From contig DASSRO010000088.1 in assembly GCA_035701745.1 (NCBI GenBank), positions 1 through 63,667 of the forward strand: a DNA stretch of 63,667 bases. The letters run 5' to 3'. Under the pieces are notes generated by a model. That model was not told the origin of the DNA, did no database searches, and saw only the letters and a program-made list of their open reading frames with translations. Shown piece after piece: positions 1-9,706 of this stretch (position 1 is the stretch's first letter; every line of letters starts with the position of its first letter). This DNA comes from Candidatus Sulfotelmatobacter sp. (GTDB taxonomy: Bacteria; Acidobacteriota; Terriglobia; Terriglobales; Acidobacteriaceae). Position numbers and translations under genes: made by a program.

Positions 1-66
1 ACGACGGCAATTTGTGCACATCTTCGCGCCCCACTAACGGCAACTAACCGATCCAGAGGATCATGG

Positions 67-1374
67 ATGAAAGGATTGCTGCGGTCCTTCGCTTGCGGCC
101 TGTTTGCACTATCAGCGATAACATCTTCTACCACCCCCGCCAACGCCTACTCCGTTCTCACTCACGAGGAACTGATCGACCTCGCGTGGAACAGTTCCAT
201 ACGCCCCCTCTTGCTGGCGCGCTTCCCCGGAGCCACTGACGCCCAACTCGTCGAGGCTCACGCATACGCCTACGGCGGTTGCGTAATCCAGGACATGGGC
301 TATTACCCCTTCGGCAAGAAGTTCTTCAGCGACCTGACTCATTACGTTCGCTCAGGAGATTTCGTTGCCTGGCTCTTTCGCAATGCTCGCACTCTTAACG
401 AATACGCGTTTGCCATCGGCGCATTGTCGCATTACCTTGGCGACTCCATCGGCCACCTCGAGGCGATTAATCCAGCTACCGCTGTCGAATTTCCGAAATT
501 AAGCCAGAAGTACGGACCCGCGGTCACTTACGATGAGAGTCCTCACGGCCACATTCGAACCGAATTTGCTTTCGACGTCGAGGAACTGACCAGGCAGGCC
601 TTTGCGCCTCCCGCGTACCTGAGTTTTATTGGCTTTCTGGTCCCCAGGAAATTTCTGGCGCAGGCATTCATCGATACCTACGGATTCGACATTCACGAAG
701 TATTGGGCCAATCCCGACCCGCATTACGGAGCTACTCCACTTCCGCCCGCACTTTTATCCCCGCTTTTGCCGAAGCCGAAGTCGTCCTCCACCGGCATCA
801 GTTTCTGCCTCCCCCGGATGACGAGGCCTACAAAATCTTCGCCGAACGCGTGGCCCGCACCAACTACGAGCGCCGCTGGAAACATGCCTATCACGGACCC
901 GGCTTCAAGGCGCATCTCTTGGCGTTTTTCATCTTCATTGTTCCGAAAGTCGGCCCTGCCGCCGACTTGGCCATCAAGATTCCCAATCACGAAACCGAGG
1001 AATTGTATTTGCGCAGCGTGAACCAGGCCGTCGATTCCTTTCACTCTGCGTTGGATAAGTTAGGTTCCGAACCCAAGGTGCTCATCGCGCTTTCCAATAT
1101 CGATCTCGACACCGGAAATCACGTCAAGCGCGGCGAGTATCCTCGCACCGACCAGGCTTACGCAAACCTGCTGCGCCGCTTAACCGCCAATCCCGATCGA
1201 ACTATTCCCATTGACGTTCAGCAGAACATCCTCGAATTTTATGCCGCATCGAGAACCGCGCTTGATCCCAGCCCGCAAATAAAAGCGCAATTGGAAATCG
1301 TAAAGGGCATGAAGACCGCCGCCGGGCTCAGGCCCGAGCCGGAACCGGCACCTGCGCCCACGCCGAAAAAGTAA
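67..1374 (+). CDS. secreted zinc-dependent phospholipase C family protein (putative)
   Basis: 435-aa ORF with an N-terminal signal peptide (MKGLLRSFACGLFALSAI...PANA). His/Asp-rich motifs THEELIDLAWN and HYLGDSIGH resemble the zinc PLC-like fold. Assignment rests on motif memory only. Confidence 0.55.
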   Translation: MKGLLRSFACGLFALSAITSSTTPANAYSVLTHEELIDLAWNSSIRPLLLARFPGATDAQLVEAHAYAYGGCVIQDMGYYPFGKKFFSDLTHYVRSGDFVAWLFRNARTLNEYAFAIGALSHYLGDSIGHLEAINPATAVEFPKLSQKYGPAVTYDESPHGHIRTEFAFDVEELTRQAFAPPAYLSFIGFLVPRKFLAQAFIDTYGFDIHEVLGQSRPALRSYSTSARTFIPAFAEAEVVLHRHQFLPPPDDEAYKIFAERVARTNYERRWKHAYHGPGFKAHLLAFFIFIVPKVGPAADLAIKIPNHETEELYLRSVNQAVDSFHSALDKLGSEPKVLIALSNIDLDTGNHVKRGEYPRTDQAYANLLRRLTANPDRTIPIDVQQNILEFYAASRTALDPSPQIKAQLEIVKGMKTAAGLRPEPEPAPAPTPKK

Positions 1375-1404
1375 TGTTCGCGCGGTGCTAAACTCAGCAT
1401 CGCC

Positions 1405-2643
1405 ATGTTGACTCACCTGGAATGCACTCGCTGCCGCGAGCACTATCCCTCCGATCGCCCGCAGTCAGTTTGCCCCAAAGACGGCGGCATCCTTTACGCT
1501 CGCTACGACCTGCCGGCGATCAAGCGCAATTTTTCTGCCGCCCGCCTCGCCGGTCGCGCCCCCACCATGTGGCGCTACGACGCCGTTCTCCCCGACGCTA
1601 ATCCCGTGTCTCTCGGCGAGGGCTTCACGCCCATGCTTCCCAGCCGCGAATATCCCAACGTCTACATCAAGGACGAAGGCCTGAATCCAACCGGATCGTT
1701 CAAAGCCCGCGGACTCTCCGCCTGCGTGACCATGGCCCGCCACTACGGCCTGAAGAAGCTAGCCATTCCTTCCGCCGGAAACGCCGCCAGCGCCCTGGCG
1801 GCCTACGCCGCACTGGCCGGACTCGAAGCTCACATCTTCATGCCCAAAGATGTTCCCATGGCCAACCGTATTGAATGCGACTACTACGGCGCACATGTAA
1901 CGTTCGTCGACGGCCTCATCAGCGACTGCGCACAAAAAGTCGCCGCCTTGAAAAAAGAAAGTATGTGGGAAAAAGAAGGATGGTTCGACGTCAGCACCAC
2001 CAAAGAGCCGTACCGCGTCGAAGGCAAGAAGACCATGGGCTACGAAGTCGCTGAGCAACTCGGTTGGCGAATGCCGCAAGGCATCATCTATCCCACCGGC
2101 GGCGGAGTCGGTCTGCTCGGCATGTGGAAGGCCTTCGAAGAAATGGAAGCTCTCGGCTGGATCGGCCGCGAGCGCCCCAAGATGATCACCGTGCAATCCG
2201 CGGGTTGCGCGCCCATCGTCAAAGCGTGGGACGAACGCCGACCCACCGCCGACATGTGGCCCAATGCCGCGACCATGGCTTCCGGCCTGCGCGTTCCCAA
2301 ACCGTACGGCGACTACTTGATCCTCGACATCCTGATGAAGAGCAACGGCACCGCCATCAGCGCTACCGACGAAGAAATTCTTGAGGCCACGCGCCACTGG
2401 GCCAAAGTCGAAGGAATTTTCGCCGCCCCCGAGGGCGCAGCGTCGCTGGTCGCTTACCGCAAGCTCCGCGCCAACGGCTTCTTCAAGCCGGATGACACAG
2501 TCGTCCTATTCAACACCGGCAGCGGCCTGAAATATTTGGATGTATTCGATAGTAGTGTGGCGCGGGCGCCCTCGCCCGCGAAACCCGCGCAACCGGTAAA
2601 GCCCGCCGCAAGACAAATCGGAGGCATCATAGGCCCATACTGA
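1405..2643 (+). CDS. thrC: threonine synthase
   Basis: 412 aa. PLP-lysine motif NPTGSFKARG, N-terminal Cys cluster (CTRC...CPKDG), glycine loop TGGGVG and SGLRVP motif. Length is typical of ThrC. Confidence 0.85.
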   Translation: MLTHLECTRCREHYPSDRPQSVCPKDGGILYARYDLPAIKRNFSAARLAGRAPTMWRYDAVLPDANPVSLGEGFTPMLPSREYPNVYIKDEGLNPTGSFKARGLSACVTMARHYGLKKLAIPSAGNAASALAAYAALAGLEAHIFMPKDVPMANRIECDYYGAHVTFVDGLISDCAQKVAALKKESMWEKEGWFDVSTTKEPYRVEGKKTMGYEVAEQLGWRMPQGIIYPTGGGVGLLGMWKAFEEMEALGWIGRERPKMITVQSAGCAPIVKAWDERRPTADMWPNAATMASGLRVPKPYGDYLILDILMKSNGTAISATDEEILEATRHWAKVEGIFAAPEGAASLVAYRKLRANGFFKPDDTVVLFNTGSGLKYLDVFDSSVARAPSPAKPAQPVKPAARQIGGIIGPY

Positions 2644-2651
2644 CGGCTCTA

Positions 2652-2736
2652 CTCTGTGTCCCTCGGTGTCCCTCTGTGCCCTCTGTGCCCCTCTGTGTCC
2701 CTCTGAGTCTCTCTGTGTCCTCTGTGCCCTCTGTGG
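2652..2736. repeat. direct tandem array, about 9 units of CTCTGTGYCC-like 9-10-mers
   Basis: Read directly: ctctgtgtcc ctcggtgtcc ctctgtgcc ctctgtgccc ctctgtgtcc ctctgagtct ctctgtgtc ctctgtgcc ctctgtgg. It fills the thrC to alaX spacer. Confidence 0.9.
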
Positions 2737-2740
2737 TTAA

Positions 2741-3973
2741 ATGTTCCTACTGCCCATGACCACGCGTCTCTACTACAACGATTCCTTCCTCTACGACTTC
2801 GATGCCGAAGTCCGCGAGGTGCTTGAAACTCCGCGCCCCGGCGTCGTTCTCGACCAAACAGCGTTCTACCCCACCAGCGGTGGCCAAGTCTTCGACACCG
2901 GCTGGATTGCTTCCGATGCGAACTCCAAGCTCCGCGTCACGGAAGTTGCCGAGTCCGAGGATGGCAAGCTGATCCACTATCTAGAAGCACCACTCGACAT
3001 AAAACCCGGAACCCGCATCCGCGGCCAGATCGATAGCACGCGCCGCCGCGACCACATGCAGCAGCACTCCGGCCAGCACGTCCTCTCCGCCGCTTTCATC
3101 CGCCTCTACAACATCCCGACAGTTTCGTTCCACATGGCGGACGATTATTGCTCCATCGATCTCGACACGCCCACGCTGACGAAAGAACAAATCGAGTCAG
3201 CTGAGCGCCTCGCCAACGAAATTATTCTCGAGAACCGTCCTGTCGATATCCGTTACGTGACTCGTGACGAAGCCGGAAAACTGGGCCTGCGCAAACTCCC
3301 ACCCACAGAGCGCGACGAGCTTCGCCTCATCGACATCCGCGACTTCGATCTCACCGCCTGCGGCGGCACGCACGTAGCCCACACGGGACAGATCGCCAGC
3401 ATCCTGCTTCGTAAAACTGAAAAAGTCCGCCAGGGATGGCGGGTTGAATTCGTCGCCGGTCAGCGCGCCGTCGCCACCGCGCGCCGCGACTTCACCACGC
3501 TCACCGAAACCGCCGCGCTCTTTTCCGCCAACATTTACGACGTCCCGCAACAGGCTCGCAAATCGCTCGACGAAATCAAGTCGCTTCGCAAGCAGAACGA
3601 GCAGTCGCAGATCGAGCTAGCCGCAGCTTATGCCTCGGTCCTTCTTGCCGATGTTCCCGAAAGCAAAGGGCGCAAAATTATCGTCCGCACGCTCGCGGAT
3701 CGCGATCTGAACTTCGTGAAACTGCTGGCGCAAAGGGTGACTCGTCTGGCGCCCAACGTAGTCGCGTTCCTGGCCACGACTTCACCGCAGCCGTCGCTGG
3801 TGTTCGCCCAATCTCCGGGTCAGCCCTTCGACATGGGGACACTCATGAAAGAAACCATGACAAAGCTCGGAGGCCGTGGCGGTGGAAGCAAAGACATGGC
3901 GCAAGGAGGCCTGCCGAGCGCGAAGGGAATAGAGAATACTCTCCAAAACATAGCGGCGACGCTCACGGCGTGA
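2741..3973 (+). CDS. alaX: alanyl-tRNA editing protein, AlaX-L type (AlaRS editing domain plus DHHA1-like C-terminus)
   Basis: 410 aa. Zinc motifs HSGQHVLSAAF (HxxxH) and CGGTHV. C-terminal GGRGGGSKDMAQGG as in the AlaRS C-terminal/DHHA1 region. The start may be the Met at 2756 (MTTRLYYND). Confidence 0.75.
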   Translation: MFLLPMTTRLYYNDSFLYDFDAEVREVLETPRPGVVLDQTAFYPTSGGQVFDTGWIASDANSKLRVTEVAESEDGKLIHYLEAPLDIKPGTRIRGQIDSTRRRDHMQQHSGQHVLSAAFIRLYNIPTVSFHMADDYCSIDLDTPTLTKEQIESAERLANEIILENRPVDIRYVTRDEAGKLGLRKLPPTERDELRLIDIRDFDLTACGGTHVAHTGQIASILLRKTEKVRQGWRVEFVAGQRAVATARRDFTTLTETAALFSANIYDVPQQARKSLDEIKSLRKQNEQSQIELAAAYASVLLADVPESKGRKIIVRTLADRDLNFVKLLAQRVTRLAPNVVAFLATTSPQPSLVFAQSPGQPFDMGTLMKETMTKLGGRGGGSKDMAQGGLPSAKGIENTLQNIAATLTA

Positions 3974-4026
3974 GCGTCGCTGTTGTGGATTGGCTGACAG
4001 CCCGAGTGGCCCGTCGCTCCGAGGAA

Positions 4027-4266
4027 TTATGCCTGCTGCCCGCGTGCCCGTTCCCACCACACTTTGGGATCGTCGGGACGGTTCAGCATGTTGGACAATT
4101 CTTGCTTGATCTCGCGCAGGCGGTTCGTCCGCAACTCGAGCGCAGTCTGGTCGAGCGCATTATGCTCGCCCTTTCCGGTGAAACGGGCATTTAGGTTGCG
4201 CAAATCGGCTATTTCCTGGCGAAGGCTGGAGAGGTGTTCCGCAATATAAGGCATCTCCTCCATCAT
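4027..4266 (-). CDS. hypothetical small coiled-coil protein
   Basis: 79-aa ORF with charged heptad-like sequence (LSSLRQEIADLRNL...LRTNRLREIKQELSNML). It sits alone between convergent and divergent neighbours. No family recognised. Confidence 0.4.
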   Translation of the reverse strand: MMEEMPYIAEHLSSLRQEIADLRNLNARFTGKGEHNALDQTALELRTNRLREIKQELSNMLNRPDDPKVWWERARGQQA

Positions 4267-4320
4267 ACGCTCTATTTGTGCAGCCGCCGTTTAATTCCGC
4301 GGTAAAGGCGGTTCTTCGCG

Positions 4321-4375
4321 AGCGCTGAGGATTTTCTCAGCGAACTCAGCGGATTTTCTCAGCGTTCTCTGCGGT
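4321..4375. repeat. two tandem ~22-bp units, each containing a CTGAG/CTCAG hairpin
   Basis: gcgctgaggattttctcagcg aac tcagcggattttctcagcg, followed by ttctctgcggttcaag. That tail resembles the end of the 2652-2736 array (ctctgtggttaaa). Confidence 0.75.
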
Positions 4376-4446
4376 TCAAGCTTTTAGCTTTGTTTGACCA
4401 GAGCTCTCGTCTCGAAGTATGGGATGATGCTTCAAGGTGATTGGCG

Positions 4447-5862
4447 ATGAGCCGCAAAGCATGCGTCGTCGGTGCGGGTTCAAATGGGCTGGCGGCGGCC
4501 ATCCTCCTCGCCCAGGCGGGAGTCGCGGTAGACGTCCTGGAAGCGCAGTCCACGCCCGGCGGAGCAGCACGCACGCTGGAATTAACCCTACCAGGCTTTC
4601 GCCATGACTTCGGATCCGCGGTTTATCCGCTCGGTGCCGCCTCGCCTTTCTTCTCTTCGCTGCCCCTCGCGGCGCACGGCCTGGAATGGATTCATTCTCC
4701 TGCCGCATTGGCTCACCCCCTCGACGATGGCACCGCAGTATTGCTCTATCGCGACCTGACCAAAACCACAAACTCGCTCGGAAACGATGGGCAGGCATGG
4801 GACAATCTCATGCGTCCATTTATCGAGCATTGGTCGGAACTCGCCCCAGAAATACTCCGCCCAATTTCCTTCCTGCCACGCCATCCTCTGCTAATGGCTC
4901 GCTTCGGAATCGTCGGGCTGCAGTCGGCTCAGGCCGTGGCGCGACGCTTCCACGACCCGCGCGCTCGGGCGTTGTTCGCAGGCTGCGCCGCCCATTCCTT
5001 TCTCGCTTTGGACGAACCCCTGAGCGCCGCTTTCGCAATCCTCATGGCTGTGCCGGCGCACGCTGTCGGATGGCCCATTGCTCGCGGCGGTGCGCAGTCC
5101 ATTACCAACGCGCTATGCTCGGTCCTCTCTTCACTCGGAGGCAAGGTACGCACTTCCTCGCCCGTCGACAGCTTGGCCGCGCTGTCGAACTACGACGTGT
5201 TTCTTTGTGATCTGACGCCGCGGCAGCTTCTGCGAGTGGCTGCCCAAAAGTTCTCATCGAGCTACCGGCGCCGGCTTGGGCAGTATCGTTACGGCGCCGC
5301 CGCTTTCAAAGTCGATTACGCGCTCAGTGCGCCCATACCCTGGAAAGCCCGCGAGTGCCTGCAGGCTGCGAGCGTGCATCTGGGCGGAACCTTTGAGGAG
5401 ATTGCTGATTCGGAAAAGGCCGTGCGCTGCGGCCGGCATCCTGATCGTCCGTTCGTTCTTCTTGCCCAGCCCAGCCTGTTCGATAGTTCGCGGGCTCCAG
5501 CAGGCAAGCACACGGCGTGGGCTTACTGCCACGTGCCGAACGGATCGAGTGTCAACATGCTGGAGAAACTGGAGAACCAGATTGAACGCTTCGCTCCCGG
5601 CTTTCGCGATTGTGTATTGGCGCGCCGCGTCCTTTCCCCTGCCGACCTCGAGACCATGGACGCGAATCTGGTCGGCGGCGACATTGGCGGCGGCGTCATG
5701 GATATCCGCCAGTTTCTCTTGCGCCCGACCTGGCGGCACTATGCAACGTCGGCGCGCGACGTCTACATCTGCTCATCGTCCACCCCGCCCGGCGGCGGCG
5801 TGCACGGCATGTGCGGCTACCACGCCGCCAAGCTGGCGCTAGCGAGGACCCCGCAGTCGTAG
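4447..5862 (+). CDS. NAD(P)/FAD-dependent oxidoreductase, phytoene desaturase (CrtI)-like family
   Basis: N-terminal Rossmann motif VVGAGSNGLAAAILLAQAG...LE. About 470 aa with C-terminal STPPGGGVHG typical of CrtI-like amine-oxidase-fold enzymes. ATG at 4447 is preferred over TTG at 4441. Confidence 0.75.
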   Translation: MSRKACVVGAGSNGLAAAILLAQAGVAVDVLEAQSTPGGAARTLELTLPGFRHDFGSAVYPLGAASPFFSSLPLAAHGLEWIHSPAALAHPLDDGTAVLLYRDLTKTTNSLGNDGQAWDNLMRPFIEHWSELAPEILRPISFLPRHPLLMARFGIVGLQSAQAVARRFHDPRARALFAGCAAHSFLALDEPLSAAFAILMAVPAHAVGWPIARGGAQSITNALCSVLSSLGGKVRTSSPVDSLAALSNYDVFLCDLTPRQLLRVAAQKFSSSYRRRLGQYRYGAAAFKVDYALSAPIPWKARECLQAASVHLGGTFEEIADSEKAVRCGRHPDRPFVLLAQPSLFDSSRAPAGKHTAWAYCHVPNGSSVNMLEKLENQIERFAPGFRDCVLARRVLSPADLETMDANLVGGDIGGGVMDIRQFLLRPTWRHYATSARDVYICSSSTPPGGGVHGMCGYHAAKLALARTPQS

Positions 5863-5990
5863 CGACAGCCGCCTTCGGCTGTCGGCTGTGTCCAGGTCTG
5901 TGTGGGGACGGCCGCCTCGGCTGTCCGGCATGCGCAGCATGCCTCTTCGCGCCATCGCCACACGCGGACAGCCGAGGCGGCTGTCGCTAC
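5859..5990. repeat. REP-like cluster of three GC-rich hairpins sharing the stem GAC(A/G)GCCG...CGGCTGTC
   Basis: Hairpins at 5864-5883, 5908-5926 (one G-T wobble) and 5967-5985. The first and third are inverted copies including GTAGC/GCTAC flanks. The cluster lies between convergent stop codons (5862 and 5997). Confidence 0.85.
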
Positions 5991-5996
5991 ATGGAT

Positions 5997-7571
5997 TCAT
6001 TCGCGGCTCCCCTCAGCCGGGAATTCAATCGCATGGATCTCCCCGTCATTCCCGCGCTCCAGCGTCGGCGCGTACAGTCCTATGTAGTGCCTTCTCCACC
6101 ACAAACCTTGCGATCGTTTTTCCGCCATCGTCGTGAACCAGTACTGCCAGATCACCGCGCGCACCATGCGTGGAGGTTCGTGCGGAAATGGATTGCCCGC
6201 AAAAAGATTGAGCACATCGCCATCGTTGGACAGCAATCGCAACTCAGTTCGCGGCACGATCGAGTATTCCCGCCACGTGCCCAGCGATGCGAACCATAAG
6301 TTCCAGTCGAACCGCGGCTGGTACGGCGCATAAATTCCCGGAGGCTTATCGAGCGCCTGCGGCTTATAGCGGAACGGGTAAGGCACCCACGTCTGGCCAT
6401 CCGCAGACCCCTGAAACTCAATCTCGTACCGTCCGCGCGTCATGATGCCAAAGAGCCCGTAACGATTGGCGATGCGAAACGGCTCCAGCGCTATGACGGG
6501 CCAAGCGGGCGGCGAAATTGGCGCGAACGAGATGAGTTCTGCTGTGGTGACATAGAAAACCCAGGTGAGCATGGTAGCGCTTAGAGAAAGCTTTGCGATC
6601 TTCAACGGTTCGCGAGAACGTTGCGGCGATTGCGCTTCGGTCGCGCCGTCACCCAGAAATCCTTTCCATCGCTCCGGCAAAAAGCGCCGCAGAAAAGGGT
6701 CATCGAGCAACAGAACTCCCAAGCTCAGCACCAGGTAGTTCAGGAAAGTGTAGTTAGCGGTGAGAATCACGCCCACTTCCCATGGCGTCACAATCCAAAA
6801 GCAAACGATGCGCCAGCGTCGGGGCAGAAATAACATCAACACCAGTCCCAACTCCAGCGCGAGCGTGGCGAATGCGGATGACGCATGGAACCAGTGCGGC
6901 AGATGCTGCACATACCATCCGATCCAGGTGGGCAGCGGACCGTTCTGGTAGTACTCGTCCATGGCGGTGAGGTGGCGCCACTCCGGGTCGCCGCCCACAA
7001 TCTTGGCAACGCCCGATTCAAAGTAGATGCGAAACCACTCCCATTGCAGCAGGAACAAGCTTGCGCGCGATGGCGGGGACGCGCGCCCAAACCCGGGTCG
7101 CAATCCCTGCGGCGCAAAGAAAAGCGAGATGAATCCCGCTTCTAGCAACATGCCGTCCGACTGGTATCCCGAAAAGTCTTGCGCTGCGCTCACGAACGAC
7201 AGGAAACAGACAAAGCAGAGCGCCAGCATGGCGCGCGGCCAAATATTGAAGACGAGCAGCAGAGAAGCGGCCATGCCGATCCAGCAGAGGGCAGTCAACA
7301 TGTGGGGGCCGCTGGAGATCCAAAGCAGAGTTGGCGCATACCAAAGGCCGCGCATCGTGCCGAGCGATCGCGCGACAGCTTGCAGGTATTCGTTGGCCGG
7401 AAGGAGGCCCTGCGGCCCGATTAGCCCGCGGATTTGAAAGAGCAGGGAGAAGAAGGCGGAGAAATAGATTGCGCCCAGGGCGCGCAGGAACAGCCAGCGT
7501 GGAACCAGGCGGTCGACCGCGCCCTGCTCCGAGTCGAACAGCCGTCGGATGGCAGAAGAAAGCCGGGCCAT
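5997..7571 (-). CDS. lipase maturation factor (LMF1-like) family integral membrane protein
   Basis: Polytopic membrane protein. C-terminal soluble part has PRFDWNLWFA and WQYWFT motifs remembered from the LMF family. The start is set at MARLSSAIRR (7571) because the longer ORF (to 7733) would overlap the DoxX gene. Confidence 0.6.
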   Translation of the reverse strand: MARLSSAIRRLFDSEQGAVDRLVPRWLFLRALGAIYFSAFFSLLFQIRGLIGPQGLLPANEYLQAVARSLGTMRGLWYAPTLLWISSGPHMLTALCWIGMAASLLLVFNIWPRAMLALCFVCFLSFVSAAQDFSGYQSDGMLLEAGFISLFFAPQGLRPGFGRASPPSRASLFLLQWEWFRIYFESGVAKIVGGDPEWRHLTAMDEYYQNGPLPTWIGWYVQHLPHWFHASSAFATLALELGLVLMLFLPRRWRIVCFWIVTPWEVGVILTANYTFLNYLVLSLGVLLLDDPFLRRFLPERWKGFLGDGATEAQSPQRSREPLKIAKLSLSATMLTWVFYVTTAELISFAPISPPAWPVIALEPFRIANRYGLFGIMTRGRYEIEFQGSADGQTWVPYPFRYKPQALDKPPGIYAPYQPRFDWNLWFASLGTWREYSIVPRTELRLLSNDGDVLNLFAGNPFPHEPPRMVRAVIWQYWFTTMAEKRSQGLWWRRHYIGLYAPTLERGNDGEIHAIEFPAEGSRE

Positions 7572-7665
7572 AGGCTCGCCATGGAGGCGCTCGCAATTAT
7601 AGCGATGGAGAATGAGCCCGGCGCGCACAGGAATCTGCTTCGCAGCCGGGCCTCGTGGCAAGATT

Positions 7666-8109
7666 TTAGGCGGCCATTCTGCGAACGGCCTTGCGCGTCC
7701 TCTCGGCCAACGACGGCTGGCCGACGGGAACACTCGCTTCCCACGGTTCCTCGACGCCCATAAGCGCCAGCGCTCCGCCCGCGAGCGCCATGTTCTTCAT
7801 GAACATGATCATGTTATTCGTGCGAGCCTGGGGATCTTCATCGCGCCAGAAGTCATGCATGATGGGAGAGACTCCGACCAGAAAACCGAGGAGGGCAGCC
7901 GCTCCCAGCTTGGGTTTCACGCCCAGCAAAATGCTGGCGCCGCCGAGCAGCAGCGGCACGGCGGACAATGTCACCGCCAACTCCGGTTGCGGCACGCCCT
8001 TGGCCCGCGCATAACCCGCCATCGACTTGCGTTCTTTCAGGTGGCTGATTCCGCTGTTAATAAAAAAACCGGCAAACAGTAAACGACCGATAAGAAATGG
8101 GGCCTTCAT
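7666..8109 (-). CDS. DoxX family membrane protein
   Basis: 147 aa with four hydrophobic segments. The N-terminal IGRLLFAGFFINSGISHL pattern is typical of DoxX. Confidence 0.75.
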   Translation of the reverse strand: MKAPFLIGRLLFAGFFINSGISHLKERKSMAGYARAKGVPQPELAVTLSAVPLLLGGASILLGVKPKLGAAALLGFLVGVSPIMHDFWRDEDPQARTNNMIMFMKNMALAGGALALMGVEEPWEASVPVGQPSLAERTRKAVRRMAA

Positions 8110-8349
8110 TGAAGTTCTCCTTCAGCGGAAGTTCCGCCTGATGGACGAGTGGGCCTGATTGGGATGAGGAAAGGCCGACAGCAGTTGGCAGGGAACGACA
8201 TCGATCTCGCCATGGATGATTTCACGACGGATAAAGTGGGGCTGCAGATCTTAATCCTCGCCATGAGGCCCCGTGCAGACTTGCGATTGCCACTGCCCGC
8301 TTGCGGACGCGATACTGTTAAAGCGATACTTTAGCCAGGGACACATTCC

Positions 8350-8781
8350 ATGGCCATCATTCGAAGCTGCGCATCGTGCGGAAAGCCGAATCGAGTTCCC
8401 GCCAAACATCTTGCAGACATGGGACGATGCGGCGCGTGCAAAACGCCGCTGCCTCCGGTAGGCGATCCGGTTGAGGTCGGCCCTGAAGAGTTCGACGAAG
8501 TTGTGCGCGAGAGCAAAGTTCCTGTCCTTGTCGATTTCTGGGCGGCGTGGTGTGGGCCTTGCCGGATGGCAGCGCCCCATGTGGCGCAGGTGGCGCGCGA
8601 TCTTGCCGGGCGCGCCGTAGTGCTCAAGGTTGACACCGAGCGCCACCCGCAACTGGCGGCGCGGTACAACGTACAGGGCATTCCTAATTTTGCGGTCTTC
8701 GACGGCGGCAATCTCCAGTTCCAGCAAGCTGGCCTGGTTGATGCCAACACGATGAAGACTTGGCTGACGCGAGCTGCCTGA
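8350..8781 (+). CDS. trxC: thioredoxin 2 (zinc-finger thioredoxin)
   Basis: N-terminal CxxC...CxxC zinc finger (CASCGKPN...CGACKTPL) followed by a thioredoxin fold with active site WAAWCGPC. Confidence 0.85.
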   Translation: MAIIRSCASCGKPNRVPAKHLADMGRCGACKTPLPPVGDPVEVGPEEFDEVVRESKVPVLVDFWAAWCGPCRMAAPHVAQVARDLAGRAVVLKVDTERHPQLAARYNVQGIPNFAVFDGGNLQFQQAGLVDANTMKTWLTRAA

Positions 8782-9406
8782 GCTGCGGGTTGGCCTATGA
8801 TGGGCCGCACGAAGCCTATTCGCCTATCCGGAGCCGAATTTTTTTTTCGGCCTTTCCGTAAAATCCTGATTTGGCGGGAGTTACACAGAACAGATAGGAC
8901 CGGTGGCACGCAAAATCTTGAGCTATAAGGGTTTATAGGTAAAATATTACAAAATAAGGACTTATCTTGTATGCGCGAAACGTCCGGTGCGTGAGCGGTA
9001 GTCGAGTGCTTCGGGAGGTTGGCGCGCATGTGGCAAGCTTGCGCTTCCTCAAATCCAGGGTCAAGGTTGTTCGTCACATGGGGTGAGATTTGTTTCTGTG
9101 GAAAGCTGTGGAAAAAGGCAAGGACACGCCGCTTCGCTTCGGAAGATCTGCTTCAGGTCAATTCGTAGTCATGCCTTTTACAAACCCAGATGCGGTGACA
9201 GGGCAGTAGCGATATTTCGGCACCATGTTGCGAGTTTCGGGCACCGATTTGAGACGATCAAGAAATGTGTGGCGATATTCCTAATCGTAAGGTGTTGAAT
9301 GTATTGAGGTTCCGCGATCATGAAACTAGGATGATAATTGGAGCTCTAATTGCGTATTGAGGTATGAGGTAAACTTCGGTGCTTCAGTAGTTTTGACGGT
9401 AAACCC

Positions 9407-9706
9407 ATGCCTACAGTCCCAACGTTTTCACCTGTACTCGAAGTCTCTGCGGAACTGGTATCTCTTCGTCAAAACGGCAGTGTCGAAGCGGTTTACTTTA
9501 AATGGCTCGACGACACATACGTGGTATGGATTGGAATTTGCAACGATGATTCCAGTGCCCGCAGAGCTGCGTACCGGCTTGAGGACTCGGTGTCAGAAAA
9601 GTTCCCCAGCGTACTTTTCGATTTTCACGTGGTGGCCTTACCTGAAGGCAAAAAGATTCAGGATTATGTTTCGAACGCGCAGGTTGTATTCCAGCGCGGC
9701 GCATAA
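9407..9706 (+). CDS. hypothetical protein, possible partner of the downstream HEPN-like gene
   Basis: 99-aa ORF in a lower-GC stretch. Its TAA stop (9704-9706) directly abuts the GTG at 9707 of the next reading frame. No canonical nucleotidyltransferase GS...DxD motif was seen. Confidence 0.35.
   Translation: MPTVPTFSPVLEVSAELVSLRQNGSVEAVYFKWLDDTYVVWIGICNDDSSARRAAYRLEDSVSEKFPSVLFDFHVVALPEGKKIQDYVSNAQVVFQRGA

Noticed and set aside
8835-8853. GCCGAA-T7-TTCGGC hairpin after trxC as a terminator.
   Set aside because: The T-run forms the loop rather than a 3' tail, and the stem is only 6 bp with two A-T pairs. That is too weak to call.
8904-8921. TGGCACG heptamer resembling a sigma-54 -24 box in the low-GC spacer.
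   Set aside because: No TTGC element at the required spacing (the nearest, cTTGa, is 3 nt too far). There is also no downstream gene in the right orientation.
8331-9077. 248-aa minus-strand ORF spanning trxC and the adjacent spacer.
   Set aside because: It overlaps the clearly real trxC on the opposite strand. It has a low-complexity Ser/Arg/Thr-rich composition and no motifs.
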